Shown piece by piece: positions 45,727 through 55,429 of a DNA stretch of 64,000 nt (the first letter of the stretch is position 1; every line of letters starts with the position of its first letter). Where the stretch lies: contig JAFXYB010000005.1 in assembly GCA_017541975.1 (NCBI GenBank), forward strand, positions 534 to 64,533, in the 5' to 3' direction. This DNA is from a bacterium. GTDB lineage: Bacteria > Bacillota_I > Bacilli_A > Izemoplasmatales > UBA1188. The notes below the pieces were generated by a model. The model searched no databases. It had not been told where the DNA came from and saw only the letters and a list, made by a program, of their open reading frames with translations. A program made the translations under genes and the position numbers.

Positions 45727-45731
45727 GAAAT

Positions 45732-45752
45732 AAGTCCCTTAAAAAGGGACTT
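45732..45752 (-). terminator. Perfect 9-bp hairpin between thrS and rsuA (weak terminator or processing site, poor U-tract)
   Basis: AAGTCCCTT-AAA-AAGGGACTT. On the minus strand it is followed by AUUUCAUG and contains the only SD-like sequence (AAGGGA) for rsuA. Confidence 0.4.
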
Positions 45753-45760
45753 TTATTGTA

Positions 45761-47659
45761 TTATTTTAAAGCTTCGATATCCTTTTTAAGCATATCAATG
45801 AATTCATCAAGAGAAACAGTAACTTGGTTCTGTTCACCATATTTTCTGTATGTAACAGTACCATTTTCCTTTTCTTTATCGCCAAGAACGATTGAATATG
45901 GAATCTTTTGAACTTGGGCTTGACGAATCTTATAGCCAAGCTTTTCTTCTGATGCATCAAGATCAGTTCTAATCTTATTTAAATTGAGCTTAGCTTCAAC
46001 TTCTTTTGCATAATCTAGATGGTTATCTAGTGAAACTGGAATGATTTCAACTTGGTAAGGTGAGAGCCATAGAGGGAATGCACCAGCGTAGTTTTCAGTA
46101 ATAATACCGATAAATCTTTCAAGCGATCCGAAACAAGCTCTATGAATCATAACTGGAGTTTTCTTTGTGCCATCTTGAGCGATGTAAACGCAGTTAAATC
46201 TTCCTGGAAGTTGCATGTCGAGTTGAACAGTACCACATTGCCAGATTCTATTCATGGAATCTCTTAACTTAAAATCGAGTTTTGGTCCATAGAAAGCACC
46301 ATCACCAGGGTTAATCTTGAATTCATGACCAGTTGCGAGGCATGCTTTTTCAAGAGCTTTTTCAGCTTCATCCCAAACCTCAATAGTACCGATGAAATCA
46401 TCAGGTCTAGTAGATAGTTCTATTGAGTAATTTAGGCCAAATACTGAATAGATGTAGTCATAAATACCGATAATTCTTGATACTTCATCACCGACTTGTT
46501 CCTCTGTGAGGAGTGTATGGGCATCATCTTGAGTGAAGCCTCTTACTCTAAATAATCCATTTAAAGCACCACTTGCTTCGTATCTATGAACATTACCAAG
46601 TTCAGCATATCTGAGTGGGAGCTCTTTGTATGAATGAAGTGAGTTGTTGTAGATTTGGATTGCACCTGGGCAGTTCATTGGTTTAATAGCGTATGTTCCA
46701 TCTTCAACTTCAACGACGAACATATCATCTTTATAATGATCCCAGTGACCTGATGTTTCCCAAAGTTGTCTATTGAGCATAATTGGAGTATTGACAACGA
46801 GGTAACCATTCTTTCTATGATAATCTAGCCAGAAGTCTTCGAGTGTTCTTCTTAGAGTATAGCCTTTAGGTAACCAGAATGGTAGACCAGGTCCATATTC
46901 ACTGAACATAAATAAACCGAGATCTTTACCGATCTTCTTATGGTCTCTTTTCTTTCTTTCTTCAAGAATATTTAAATGGTTTTGAAGTTCTTCATCTGAG
47001 AAGAATGAAACACCATAAATACGCTCTAGTTGAGGGCGTTTTGAATCGCCTCTCCAGTATGCGCCAGCGATTGATAATAACTTAAAATGCTTGATGTATG
47101 AAGTTTTTGGAACGTGTGGACCTCTACATAGATCCATATAGTCGCCTTGAGAATAGATTGAAATAGTCTCATTCTCAGGTAGTTCATTAATGAGTTCAGT
47201 CTTATATGGATCATTTTTAAATAGAGCTAATGCTTCTTCTTTAGAAACTTCTTTTCTTGAGATGATTTCAGCTTTCTTTGAAAGCTCAAGCATCTTCTTT
47301 TCAATTATTGGGAAAGCTTCTTCTGATAGTTTTTTTCCAGCAATTTCAAAATCGTAATAGAATCCTTCTTCAATCGCAGGACCTACACCGAATGATACAT
47401 CTTGATATAATTCTTTGATAGCTTCTGCCATAAGATGGGCAGTTGAGTGATTTAATATTTCAAAAGCTTCTTTATCTTTTGAAGTGATAAATCTTACTTC
47501 GCTATCTTTATCAACTAGAGTTGACATATCTACTAGCTTATTATCTAAAGACATAGCGATAGATGCTTTAGCTAGAGATGGGGAGATTTTCGAGGCAATC
47601 TCATATCCTTTTAATGGAGAATCAAACTCCATGTAGTTATCTAATAATTTTATTTTCAT
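45761..47659 (-). CDS. thrS: Threonine--tRNA ligase
   Basis: 632 aa with an N-terminal TGS domain, HSTAHLMA in the editing domain, class II core motifs (RVRGFTQDDAH, GAFYGPK) and a C-terminal anticodon-binding domain. Confidence 0.95.
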   Translation of the reverse strand: MKIKLLDNYMEFDSPLKGYEIASKISPSLAKASIAMSLDNKLVDMSTLVDKDSEVRFITSKDKEAFEILNHSTAHLMAEAIKELYQDVSFGVGPAIEEGFYYDFEIAGKKLSEEAFPIIEKKMLELSKKAEIISRKEVSKEEALALFKNDPYKTELINELPENETISIYSQGDYMDLCRGPHVPKTSYIKHFKLLSIAGAYWRGDSKRPQLERIYGVSFFSDEELQNHLNILEERKKRDHKKIGKDLGLFMFSEYGPGLPFWLPKGYTLRRTLEDFWLDYHRKNGYLVVNTPIMLNRQLWETSGHWDHYKDDMFVVEVEDGTYAIKPMNCPGAIQIYNNSLHSYKELPLRYAELGNVHRYEASGALNGLFRVRGFTQDDAHTLLTEEQVGDEVSRIIGIYDYIYSVFGLNYSIELSTRPDDFIGTIEVWDEAEKALEKACLATGHEFKINPGDGAFYGPKLDFKLRDSMNRIWQCGTVQLDMQLPGRFNCVYIAQDGTKKTPVMIHRACFGSLERFIGIITENYAGAFPLWLSPYQVEIIPVSLDNHLDYAKEVEAKLNLNKIRTDLDASEEKLGYKIRQAQVQKIPYSIVLGDKEKENGTVTYRKYGEQNQVTVSLDEFIDMLKKDIEALK

Positions 47660-47676
47660 ATTAAAACCTTTCTTTC

Positions 47677-48588
47677 TTAAAAATCTTTGTACTGACTTTG
47701 ATATTTTCCTGTAATAGAAAATTCTTCAGTAATTTCCTTTATTCTTTCAAGGATGCGTTGGGCTTTTATTCTTTCACCACCGCTTCCATCTTTTCTTAAG
47801 TGCACATTCACAAGTTCAGATACATTGATATTAGAAGTGAAGATAACTGGTTTTTTCTTAACCATTCTATAGTTTAAAACAACGCCTAAAGCTTCATCTC
47901 TAATATATGGGTTGATGGCTTCGCCACCAAAATCATCTAGAACAAGCAAATCACAGTTCTTAAGTTCATCAACAATTTCTGTGAAGTTTTCTTCACTTTC
48001 TTCACTGAAAGTATTCTTTAATACTTGTGAAAGTTCTGGGTAATAGACAACGATTACTGAATAACCTTTGTCAGCAATCTCATTGGCTATCGCTGATGCG
48101 AGGTAGGTCTTTCCAGACCTAAATGTACCACCAAGATACATTCCTTTAAGATCGTTTCCCGTCTTGAAGTTATTTACAAACGTTCGTGCATAATTATATG
48201 CCTTTCTTCTTTCATCAGTTAAAAGCTGGAAATCTTCAAGTGATGCGTTTAAAAGTTCCGTTGGCATATTGAATAATTTGATTTTATTACTTTTAGGTTC
48301 GGGTTTAATTCTTACATAAGAAGATACGATTTTATTATCGACAAGAGATAGAGTTAAGACAAAGTCTTTAACTGTCCTTGATTCGAGTAGACCTTCTTGG
48401 TTTCTATAGGTATCTTTTGCGTAATCCATGAGTTTTAGTAAACCTTCTTCGATTTGAAGACGTGTTAAATCGTTATCCAAAACGAATTTTCTGATTTCTG
48501 GATTTAATAATAAATCATCGATTACTTCATCAGTAGAAACTTCAGTATCAACTATGTGTTTCATAAATAAATCTTTGGAATCTATCAT
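47677..48588 (-). CDS. dnaI: Primosomal helicase loader DnaI
   Basis: Walker A GGTFRSGKTYL and Walker B LLVLDDFGGE. I prefer ATG 48588 (GGAGGAG SD), whose ATG overlaps the dnaB TGA (ATGA). Confidence 0.85.
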   Translation of the reverse strand: MIDSKDLFMKHIVDTEVSTDEVIDDLLLNPEIRKFVLDNDLTRLQIEEGLLKLMDYAKDTYRNQEGLLESRTVKDFVLTLSLVDNKIVSSYVRIKPEPKSNKIKLFNMPTELLNASLEDFQLLTDERRKAYNYARTFVNNFKTGNDLKGMYLGGTFRSGKTYLASAIANEIADKGYSVIVVYYPELSQVLKNTFSEESEENFTEIVDELKNCDLLVLDDFGGEAINPYIRDEALGVVLNYRMVKKKPVIFTSNINVSELVNVHLRKDGSGGERIKAQRILERIKEITEEFSITGKYQSQYKDF

Positions 48589-49694
48589 TTGTTGATCTCC
48601 TCCTTTGCTTTTTTCCAGAAGTTTTCGAACCATTCTTCATTAGAGATTTCAGATGATTCTTTAGCCTTCTTGTTGCGGGTAGTTGAATATAATGAATTAA
48701 TATATAGATATGCATCCTCAACGGTAGTGATACCGTTATTTTGCCAGTCATCTTTTATTTTTGAATAAAAGACAAATGGATGCATCTTATTTTCGTTTGT
48801 TGATAATGAGTAACAGATTAGTAAGGTGATTATTGGATCACTTAGATTTAGTTCCGTTCTCATTCTTTCAAGTGTTTTATTATCGGCAGAAGATACTCTT
48901 CTTGTGCCATTTTTAATGATTGTTTCTGGAGAAGTCTTCTCAAAATATTCTATGTAGTCTTCATCTTTTTTAACTTTAGACTCCATCCTTTTTTCTTTTA
49001 AAAGCTTCTTTGCATATTTGTCATATGCAACTTTTAAAATTTTATCTTTATCATATGATGATTCATCAGTTGCATCATAATATATTGAAACCATTTCATC
49101 TAATGAATATGAATAAAGAGTTGCTAAAGAGGTGAAGAAATCTTTATCCTCTTCTTTAACTTCTAGGCAAGATGAAACGATTGATTTAAATCTTTCAAAA
49201 TCAAATAAAACTTTATTTTCTTTAGTTGCTGGACTAAGTTTTAATGATAAATCACCAAGGTTATTGTCTAGTGGTGATATAACTTTTATTTCTTTTCCAG
49301 TGAATATATTTGATAAGTGGTTAAAATGTTTTTTAGATGTATAGACAGATAGATAACTTGAAAGAGGGCTATCAAAGAATGCCTTACCACTATATGGTGG
49401 ATAGAGGATGAGTTCATTATTATTTAAAGATATGAGTTTAACATTTGATAGTTTATCTATTGATTCAGCTATTGATTCGTTTTTGATATCATCATCAGCC
49501 GTCATATCTTTAAATAATAAGCTTTTTAATTCAACATGATTTTCGTTTAATGAAATCATGTATAGTGTTGAATAAATATTTAATGAATTATGGTTGATTA
49601 ATGGTTTATAGAGCATCGACAAAACTTGGTAGTCATTACTATCAAGGATAAACATATTATTTCTTTTGACGATTAAACTCTCTTTGTTTTCCAT
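48585..49694 (-). CDS. dnaB: Replication initiation and membrane attachment protein (Bacillus-type DnaB, DnaD/DnaB_2 domains)
   Basis: The position immediately upstream of dnaI, the size (369 aa) and the C-terminal DnaB_2-like region (YFEKTSPETIIK...) support the call. Sequence similarity is weak by eye. Confidence 0.6.
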   Translation of the reverse strand: MENKESLIVKRNNMFILDSNDYQVLSMLYKPLINHNSLNIYSTLYMISLNENHVELKSLLFKDMTADDDIKNESIAESIDKLSNVKLISLNNNELILYPPYSGKAFFDSPLSSYLSVYTSKKHFNHLSNIFTGKEIKVISPLDNNLGDLSLKLSPATKENKVLFDFERFKSIVSSCLEVKEEDKDFFTSLATLYSYSLDEMVSIYYDATDESSYDKDKILKVAYDKYAKKLLKEKRMESKVKKDEDYIEYFEKTSPETIIKNGTRRVSSADNKTLERMRTELNLSDPIITLLICYSLSTNENKMHPFVFYSKIKDDWQNNGITTVEDAYLYINSLYSTTRNKKAKESSEISNEEWFENFWKKAKEEINK

Positions 49695-50050
49695 TATATT
49701 GTGTTTGTGGTTCCTTTAAATATTAATAAATTATCTAGTTTTTTGTATAGATTATAGATTATTCTCTTTGGGTTTTTGAACATAGAAGAAACGAAATAGT
49801 GAACAGATAAATCAACTGATGATTCCACAGATGATTCGCTTAAAACTTTGATGAATACTTCATATTCCTGAGTGCTTATATACATCTTTCCTTCGCTTTC
49901 ATCAGCTTGTCTTAAACTCTTATTCTCCTCAAAACAAATCTTTTCAAAAGCTTCTTTTATTTCTTTTAGACTGTTTCTATAGAATCTAGTTTTTAAGCGA
50001 TAGTTTCTATTATTTAAGGATGTGGAAACTTCTTTTCTAAGTACTCCCAT
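49694..50050 (-). CDS. Hypothetical protein (118 aa)
   Basis: An intact ORF, translationally coupled to dnaB with no gap: its stop ends at 49694, the dnaB start. I recognise no motif. Confidence 0.45.
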   Translation of the reverse strand: MGVLRKEVSTSLNNRNYRLKTRFYRNSLKEIKEAFEKICFEENKSLRQADESEGKMYISTQEYEVFIKVLSESSVESSVDLSVHYFVSSMFKNPKRIIYNLYKKLDNLLIFKGTTNTI

Positions 50051-50052
50051 TT

Positions 50053-51411
50053 TTATTCCTCCATGTTTTTTAGAAGGCCTTTTATTTTTACAAATAAATC
50101 CTTTTGTGTACCATCATTATATACTATATAATCGGCTTTTTGTCTTTTTTCTTCTTTAGAAAGTTGTGATTTTATTCTTTTTTGATATTCTTCAAAGGAA
50201 AATCCTTTATTTTTTAATATTTGTGATAATACTTCTTCGCTTTCATATACATCGATCACCTTATCAAAGGTCTTTTCTAATTTTCCTTCAAAGAGAAGTG
50301 GCGCTTCAACGAAGATTAATTTACTATTATCTTTTTCTATCTTCTTATAGAGTGCCTCCATCACATATTTATGTGTAGCATCCATTAGGAGTTTATTTTT
50401 AGATTCATCACTAAAAACTAAATCTCTTAATTCTTCTTTAGATGTTACGCCAAGGGCTTTTTTAATAGACCTAAGCATCTCTTTAGAATTCATAAATAGA
50501 TCATTATAGATTTCATCTAAAGAATACGTTGAATAATTTAATTCTTTTAAAATTTTTAAAACAGTTGATTTACCACTTGAGAAAGTTCCTGTGATGGCAA
50601 TTAGTTTTTGATTCTTATTTAATCTTTGGCATGTTGGGCAATAATATGTGCCTCTACCACCACATCTATTCTTTATGATATAACCATTACATGTATAGCA
50701 TCTTTCACCCTCTCTTAGGTGAACTAAGAGTTCAGTTTGAAAATGACCGATTTCATGGTTCAGTGATTCAAAAGATTTGATAGTTGAACCACCGAGTTTG
50801 ATGGCTTTATTTAAGGTTTTTATCGACGAATCGATAATGCTTTCAGTCTCTTCTAGTGTTATAGTATTCGCTTTTTGATAAGGGTTTATCTTTGATAAGA
50901 ATAACACTTCATCGACATAGATATTGCCAAGTCCTGCGATGATAGATTGATCTAAGAGAGCTGATTTAATTGGCTCACTTCTTTTATTTAATAGATTATA
51001 TAAGGTGTCTTTATCGATATCGAATGGTTCCATCCCAACTTCTACTAATGGGTAGATGTTGTAGATATCTTCATCTTTATTAAATAGATTAAAAGTACCA
51101 AATTTTCTAACATCGTTATATATGAGGTTAAAATCATCAAAGATGAATTTAACGAGATCGTGTTTATTTATTCTTTCTTGGCTTGTGATAAAATATTTTC
51201 CTTCCATTCTGAGATGTGAAACCATGAAGTAACTTTTAAGCACAAAAATTAGATACTTACCTTTTCTCTTAATATCTAAAATTTTTTCATCTTTAATTTG
51301 TCTTAAAGAGCTGTGCTTTTCATAATAGACTTCTACACTTTTTATTATCTTATTCTTTAGTGATGGTAGAAGTTTATTCTTCACAGTCTCAACTTCTGGA
51401 AGTTCTGGCAT
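50053..51411 (-). CDS. mutM: Fusion protein: formamidopyrimidine-DNA glycosylase (Fpg/MutM) N-terminal and dephospho-CoA kinase (CoaE) C-terminal
   Basis: MPELPEVETV at the N-terminus and the zinc finger CYTCNGYI...GRGTYYCPTCQ identify MutM. A linker RLNKNQK follows, then KLIAITGTFSSGKSTV (CoaE P-loop) and the rest of CoaE, in a single 452-aa ORF. Confidence 0.85.
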   Translation of the reverse strand: MPELPEVETVKNKLLPSLKNKIIKSVEVYYEKHSSLRQIKDEKILDIKRKGKYLIFVLKSYFMVSHLRMEGKYFITSQERINKHDLVKFIFDDFNLIYNDVRKFGTFNLFNKDEDIYNIYPLVEVGMEPFDIDKDTLYNLLNKRSEPIKSALLDQSIIAGLGNIYVDEVLFLSKINPYQKANTITLEETESIIDSSIKTLNKAIKLGGSTIKSFESLNHEIGHFQTELLVHLREGERCYTCNGYIIKNRCGGRGTYYCPTCQRLNKNQKLIAITGTFSSGKSTVLKILKELNYSTYSLDEIYNDLFMNSKEMLRSIKKALGVTSKEELRDLVFSDESKNKLLMDATHKYVMEALYKKIEKDNSKLIFVEAPLLFEGKLEKTFDKVIDVYESEEVLSQILKNKGFSFEEYQKRIKSQLSKEEKRQKADYIVYNDGTQKDLFVKIKGLLKNMEE

Positions 51412-51413
51412 AG

Positions 51414-54032
51414 TTATTTCGCCTCATATAATGTTTTACCAAAGCCTGAACCAACGGATAGAGGAACCTTAAGTGTAACGGTATTTATCATAACGTCTTC
51501 GGTTAATTCTTTGGTTTTTTCTAGTTCTTGGATTGGAACATTTAATACTATTTCATCGTGTATTGTGAGTATTAATTTGGCGTGAAGCCTATTTTTTGTG
51601 ATGGCATCACTTAGTTTTACCATCGCATATTTTAGAATATCAGCTGCACTCCCTTGGATTGGAGCATTCATCGCAGTACGTTTTGAGAATTCTCTTAGAT
51701 GGAAGTTTGCAGAATTGATATCTCTAATGTATCTTCTTCTATTGAAGATAGTTGAAACATAACCATCTTCTTTAGCTTTTTCAATTAGAGAATTTGTGAA
51801 AGGTTCTATTCTTGGGAATGATTCGTGATATGATTTTATGAATTCAGAGGCTTTTTGAATGCTGATTTTTGCATCTTGTGATAAACCCCATGTGCTCATT
51901 CCATAGATTATTCCAAAATTGATAGCTTTGGCACTTGAACGTTCTTCTTTGGTGACGATATCTTTTCTTAAGATTGCCTTAGCGGTAGCTTCATGGATAT
52001 CTTCTTTATTTTTGAATGCATTGATTAAGTTTTCTTCATCTGCCATATGGGCAAGAACTCTAAGTTCTATTTGTGAATAATCTGAACTTAGTAGATAACA
52101 ATTATCTTCTGAGATGAAGATCTTTCTAAATTCACTAGATTCTTTATTCCTAATTGGTAGATTTTGAAGATTTGGTTCAGTTGATGAGAGCCTTCCTGTA
52201 TCGGTTAGAGCTTGTTTATAGATGGTATGGATATGGCCATCTTTTGATTCTTTTAGAGCTTCTCTTACACCATTCACATAGGTACCTTCTAGTTTTGATA
52301 AAGTCCTATATCTTAAGATGAAACCAACAATTGGATGATACTCAATAATTTCTTCTAATACTGTTTGATCAGTTGAATAACCAGTTTTTGTCTTCTTACT
52401 ACATGGAAGCATGAGTTCCTCGAAGAGGACTGTACCTAGTTGTTTAGGAGAGAGGATATTGAATTTATGTCCGGCAAAATCATAGATGATTTTTTCTATA
52501 TCTGAGATTTCCTTTAAAATTTCAGTTTCATAGTTATCAAGAGCTTCTTCATCGACTCTAAGGCCTTCAATTTCCATATCACCAAGTACTCTTGAGAATG
52601 GAAGTTCGATGGTATTTAAAAGGAATTCTTGATTATTATCTTTGATTTCTTTTTGTTCCCTCTCATAAATCATACTTAAGGTGAATGCTTTTTTTGCGAT
52701 ATGAGCGCTATAGATTTCAAGGAAAGGTAGAGTTTCTCTATCTTTCTTTCCATAGATGGCTTCATCGCTTTCTAAATCTGAATAGCCAAAATAATTAGAG
52801 ATGATTGAAAGGTCATCTTTCGTTAAATCTGGGTTGATTAGATAGGATGAAAGTAGAGAATCAAAGATAACGCCATTTAAAATAATGTCATCTTTTCTTA
52901 AAGAGTAATAGATTTTCTTGTAGTCATATACGCTCTTCTTGATGTTTTCATCTGATAAAAAGAGTGTGAAATCAAATGAAGAGATAGCTACATCATATGG
53001 AATAAAGAAATTTCCATTTGAATTAGAAAGTCCAAAACCTATTTTTGGTGATGTATGATAATTCTCGTGAATGGTTTCTAATATTAGATAGTTGATTTCA
53101 TCTTCTTTGATAATATCTGAGAGTGAAAACGCATCATCTTTTATTTCATAGGTGAATTCCGCTTTGATTGTTGATTTTGGCATCTTTCTTAAGAAAGAGT
53201 TGAATTCAAGTTCAGTATATAATTCTTTTAGACTATCATAATCTGCCTCTTGAATTTTGAAATCATCTTCTTCTAAGTTGAATTCAAATGATGGATCAAG
53301 CGTTGCCATAGATTTAGTGAAGAAAGCAGTATTTTTATCACTAATTAATCTTTCTTTTACTTTTCCAGTTATTTCATCGATGTGCTCATATATACCATCG
53401 AGTGTTTTATATTTAGATAGGAGTTTTGAGGCAGTCACAGGACCAATGCCTTCAACTCCAATGAGATTATCACTTTTATCTCCGATTAAACCTTTATAAT
53501 CTGGGATTTGAAGAGGGGTGATACCTTTTTCTTCAAATAAGGTATTCTCTGAATATTTAATGGTTTCTTTTTGTTTAGAATAGAGTTGAAATGAATTTGG
53601 GGCAATGAGCTGGAAGAGGTCATTGTCGTTTGATAAAACATCGATTTCATCGAAGGTGTTTTTATATTTTTTATTGATTGCGCTGATGATGTCATCAGCT
53701 TCATAATCATCAGATAAGAAATAATGAACATTAATACATTCTAAGAATTTATGAATATATGGGATTTGTTCGATGAGTTCTTTTGGAGTTTCTGCCCTAC
53801 CAGCTTTGTAATCTTTATACATTTTATGTCTTCTAGTTTTAGAGCCCTTATCAAAAGCGACAGCTATATGGGTATAGCCATCTTCTATCACCTTTTGATA
53901 GATGTTTATAAAACCATAGATCATGTTTGTAGGGAAACCTTTTTTATTGCGCATGATGTTGCCCATTGCGGCTGTCGCAAAATAGGCTCTAAACATCACG
54001 TTGTTTCCATCGATTAAAAGAAATTTTTTCAT
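51414..54032 (-). CDS. polA: DNA polymerase I
   Basis: A 5'-nuclease N-terminus plus polymerase motifs DYSQIELRVLAH (A), KAINFGIIYGMS (B) and HDE (C). Confidence 0.95.
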   Translation of the reverse strand: MKKFLLIDGNNVMFRAYFATAAMGNIMRNKKGFPTNMIYGFINIYQKVIEDGYTHIAVAFDKGSKTRRHKMYKDYKAGRAETPKELIEQIPYIHKFLECINVHYFLSDDYEADDIISAINKKYKNTFDEIDVLSNDNDLFQLIAPNSFQLYSKQKETIKYSENTLFEEKGITPLQIPDYKGLIGDKSDNLIGVEGIGPVTASKLLSKYKTLDGIYEHIDEITGKVKERLISDKNTAFFTKSMATLDPSFEFNLEEDDFKIQEADYDSLKELYTELEFNSFLRKMPKSTIKAEFTYEIKDDAFSLSDIIKEDEINYLILETIHENYHTSPKIGFGLSNSNGNFFIPYDVAISSFDFTLFLSDENIKKSVYDYKKIYYSLRKDDIILNGVIFDSLLSSYLINPDLTKDDLSIISNYFGYSDLESDEAIYGKKDRETLPFLEIYSAHIAKKAFTLSMIYEREQKEIKDNNQEFLLNTIELPFSRVLGDMEIEGLRVDEEALDNYETEILKEISDIEKIIYDFAGHKFNILSPKQLGTVLFEELMLPCSKKTKTGYSTDQTVLEEIIEYHPIVGFILRYRTLSKLEGTYVNGVREALKESKDGHIHTIYKQALTDTGRLSSTEPNLQNLPIRNKESSEFRKIFISEDNCYLLSSDYSQIELRVLAHMADEENLINAFKNKEDIHEATAKAILRKDIVTKEERSSAKAINFGIIYGMSTWGLSQDAKISIQKASEFIKSYHESFPRIEPFTNSLIEKAKEDGYVSTIFNRRRYIRDINSANFHLREFSKRTAMNAPIQGSAADILKYAMVKLSDAITKNRLHAKLILTIHDEIVLNVPIQELEKTKELTEDVMINTVTLKVPLSVGSGFGKTLYEAK

Positions 54033-54041
54033 ATAATACTC

Positions 54042-54779
54042 TTATCTGTTTAATTTGTATATTTCATATAAACCGCTAAAGATTAAATCTTTATCGTATG
54101 ATATATTCTCGTTTTTAAGATTATTGATGATGGTATTTGAAAAACCACCAACCATGAATGTTTTCGCATCAATCATATCGTACTCTTCTTTGATTTTTGT
54201 GATATATCCATCAACCAAGAAAGAAAACCCATTCCATAGTCCACTCTTAAGTGAAGATTCGGTATCCATTCCAAGTAGTTCAAAGTCGCCACTTAGGTTG
54301 GTATCTTCAATTAAAGATGCACTATTAATTAGACCATTTAGAGATGTGAAAACACCAGGTGCGATTGCACAGCCAATAAACTTAAGATTTTTAACTACTA
54401 CAAATACTGTCGCAGTACCGAGGCTAACACCAATGAATGATTTATGCTTTTTAGATGCGCCTTCCATGATAGCGATTAAATCGCCACCAAGTTCGTTTTT
54501 ATCTTTTTCTGGATATTCACAATGGAATTTTAAATCATGTGTAAGAATCAAAGAATCAATATTATATTTTTTATCTAAATATTCTTTGAATATGTTTTCT
54601 TTATTTCTTACTACAGAACTGATGATAGCACCATTAATAGATTCTTCTATTGTATTTGAAAATGCGCTTTCTAATGATTCAGAATCATTATAAGATGACG
54701 ATAAAAACTGGTAGAAATGTTTTCTATCATCTGATGATATTTTTGTATATGTATTTCCAATATCAATTAAGAGAATCAT
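54042..54779 (-). CDS. coaX: Type III pantothenate kinase
   Basis: MILLIDIGNTYTK at the N-terminus and GTATV later, at 245 aa. Confidence 0.85.
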   Translation of the reverse strand: MILLIDIGNTYTKISSDDRKHFYQFLSSSYNDSESLESAFSNTIEESINGAIISSVVRNKENIFKEYLDKKYNIDSLILTHDLKFHCEYPEKDKNELGGDLIAIMEGASKKHKSFIGVSLGTATVFVVVKNLKFIGCAIAPGVFTSLNGLINSASLIEDTNLSGDFELLGMDTESSLKSGLWNGFSFLVDGYITKIKEEYDMIDAKTFMVGGFSNTIINNLKNENISYDKDLIFSGLYEIYKLNR

Positions 54780-54793
54780 TTTGCTCCTCCAGT

Positions 54794-55429
54794 TTATTTA
54801 AAACTACCTTCTATGAAATAGATAGGATTACCCATTTCTTTAAATTTTGATTCAAATTCAGTCATTATAGTGTCACTAGCATATTCCACTTCTCCGAATC
54901 TCTTATCATCTTTTAGAAGTGGGAGAATGATTTCCAGTGAATAATTGTATAAATCTAAATTGTCGGTTTTAAAACGAAGAATACCATCTTCTTTTAAAAT
55001 TGTTTTATATTTTTCTAAGAACCTAGGTGATGTGAGCCTTCTTTTTTCATGCCTTAATTTTGGCCAAGGATCTGGGAAATTGATATAGATTCTATCTACT
55101 TCCCCTTCTTTAAAATAATCAAGAATATGTTCGCAGTCTTTATTTAAAAGAAGACAGTTAGTTATTTCTTTTTCCTTAACCTTAGTTATAGCACGGCAGA
55201 TTACACTGCTCATCATCTCAAGGCCAATGAAAAGATCGTTTTTATTTTCCTCTGACATGGTTGATAGGAATTTTCCCTTTCCACAGCCGACTTCAACTGA
55301 GAGACTTGAGTCTTGAGGCTTATTAAAAGATTCTCTCCATCTACCCTTATATTCTTCAGGGTTCTCTATTGCGATATCTCTATTATTTTCGATTATCTCG
55401 AAAGCGTTCTTAACGTGTCTTAATCGCAT
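54794..55429 (-). CDS. trmB: tRNA (guanine46-N7)-methyltransferase
   Basis: VEVGCGKGKF (SAM-binding), FPDPWPK and HEKRRL motifs. Confidence 0.9.
   Translation of the reverse strand: MRLRHVKNAFEIIENNRDIAIENPEEYKGRWRESFNKPQDSSLSVEVGCGKGKFLSTMSEENKNDLFIGLEMMSSVICRAITKVKEKEITNCLLLNKDCEHILDYFKEGEVDRIYINFPDPWPKLRHEKRRLTSPRFLEKYKTILKEDGILRFKTDNLDLYNYSLEIILPLLKDDKRFGEVEYASDTIMTEFESKFKEMGNPIYFIEGSFK

Noticed and set aside
45660-47700. T-box riboswitch leaders upstream of thrS, and likewise upstream of tyrS at 58009..58012.
   Set aside because: The intergenic spaces are 17 nt and 4 nt. I saw no T-box sequence (the conserved AGGGUGGNACCGCG-type box) or specifier-loop architecture anywhere nearby.
54055-54693. 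A 212-aa plus-strand ORF inside coaX. Many similar antisense ORFs appear in the track, for example 791..1117, 25331..25792, 26891..27181, 33063..33576, 35230..35550, 36941..37327, 53751..54017 and 61380..61748.
   Set aside because: All lie antisense to or overlapping well-supported genes. They have low-complexity or Ser/Leu/Ile-rich composition typical of reverse-frame translation of AT-rich genes. They lack an SD and have no recognisable motifs.
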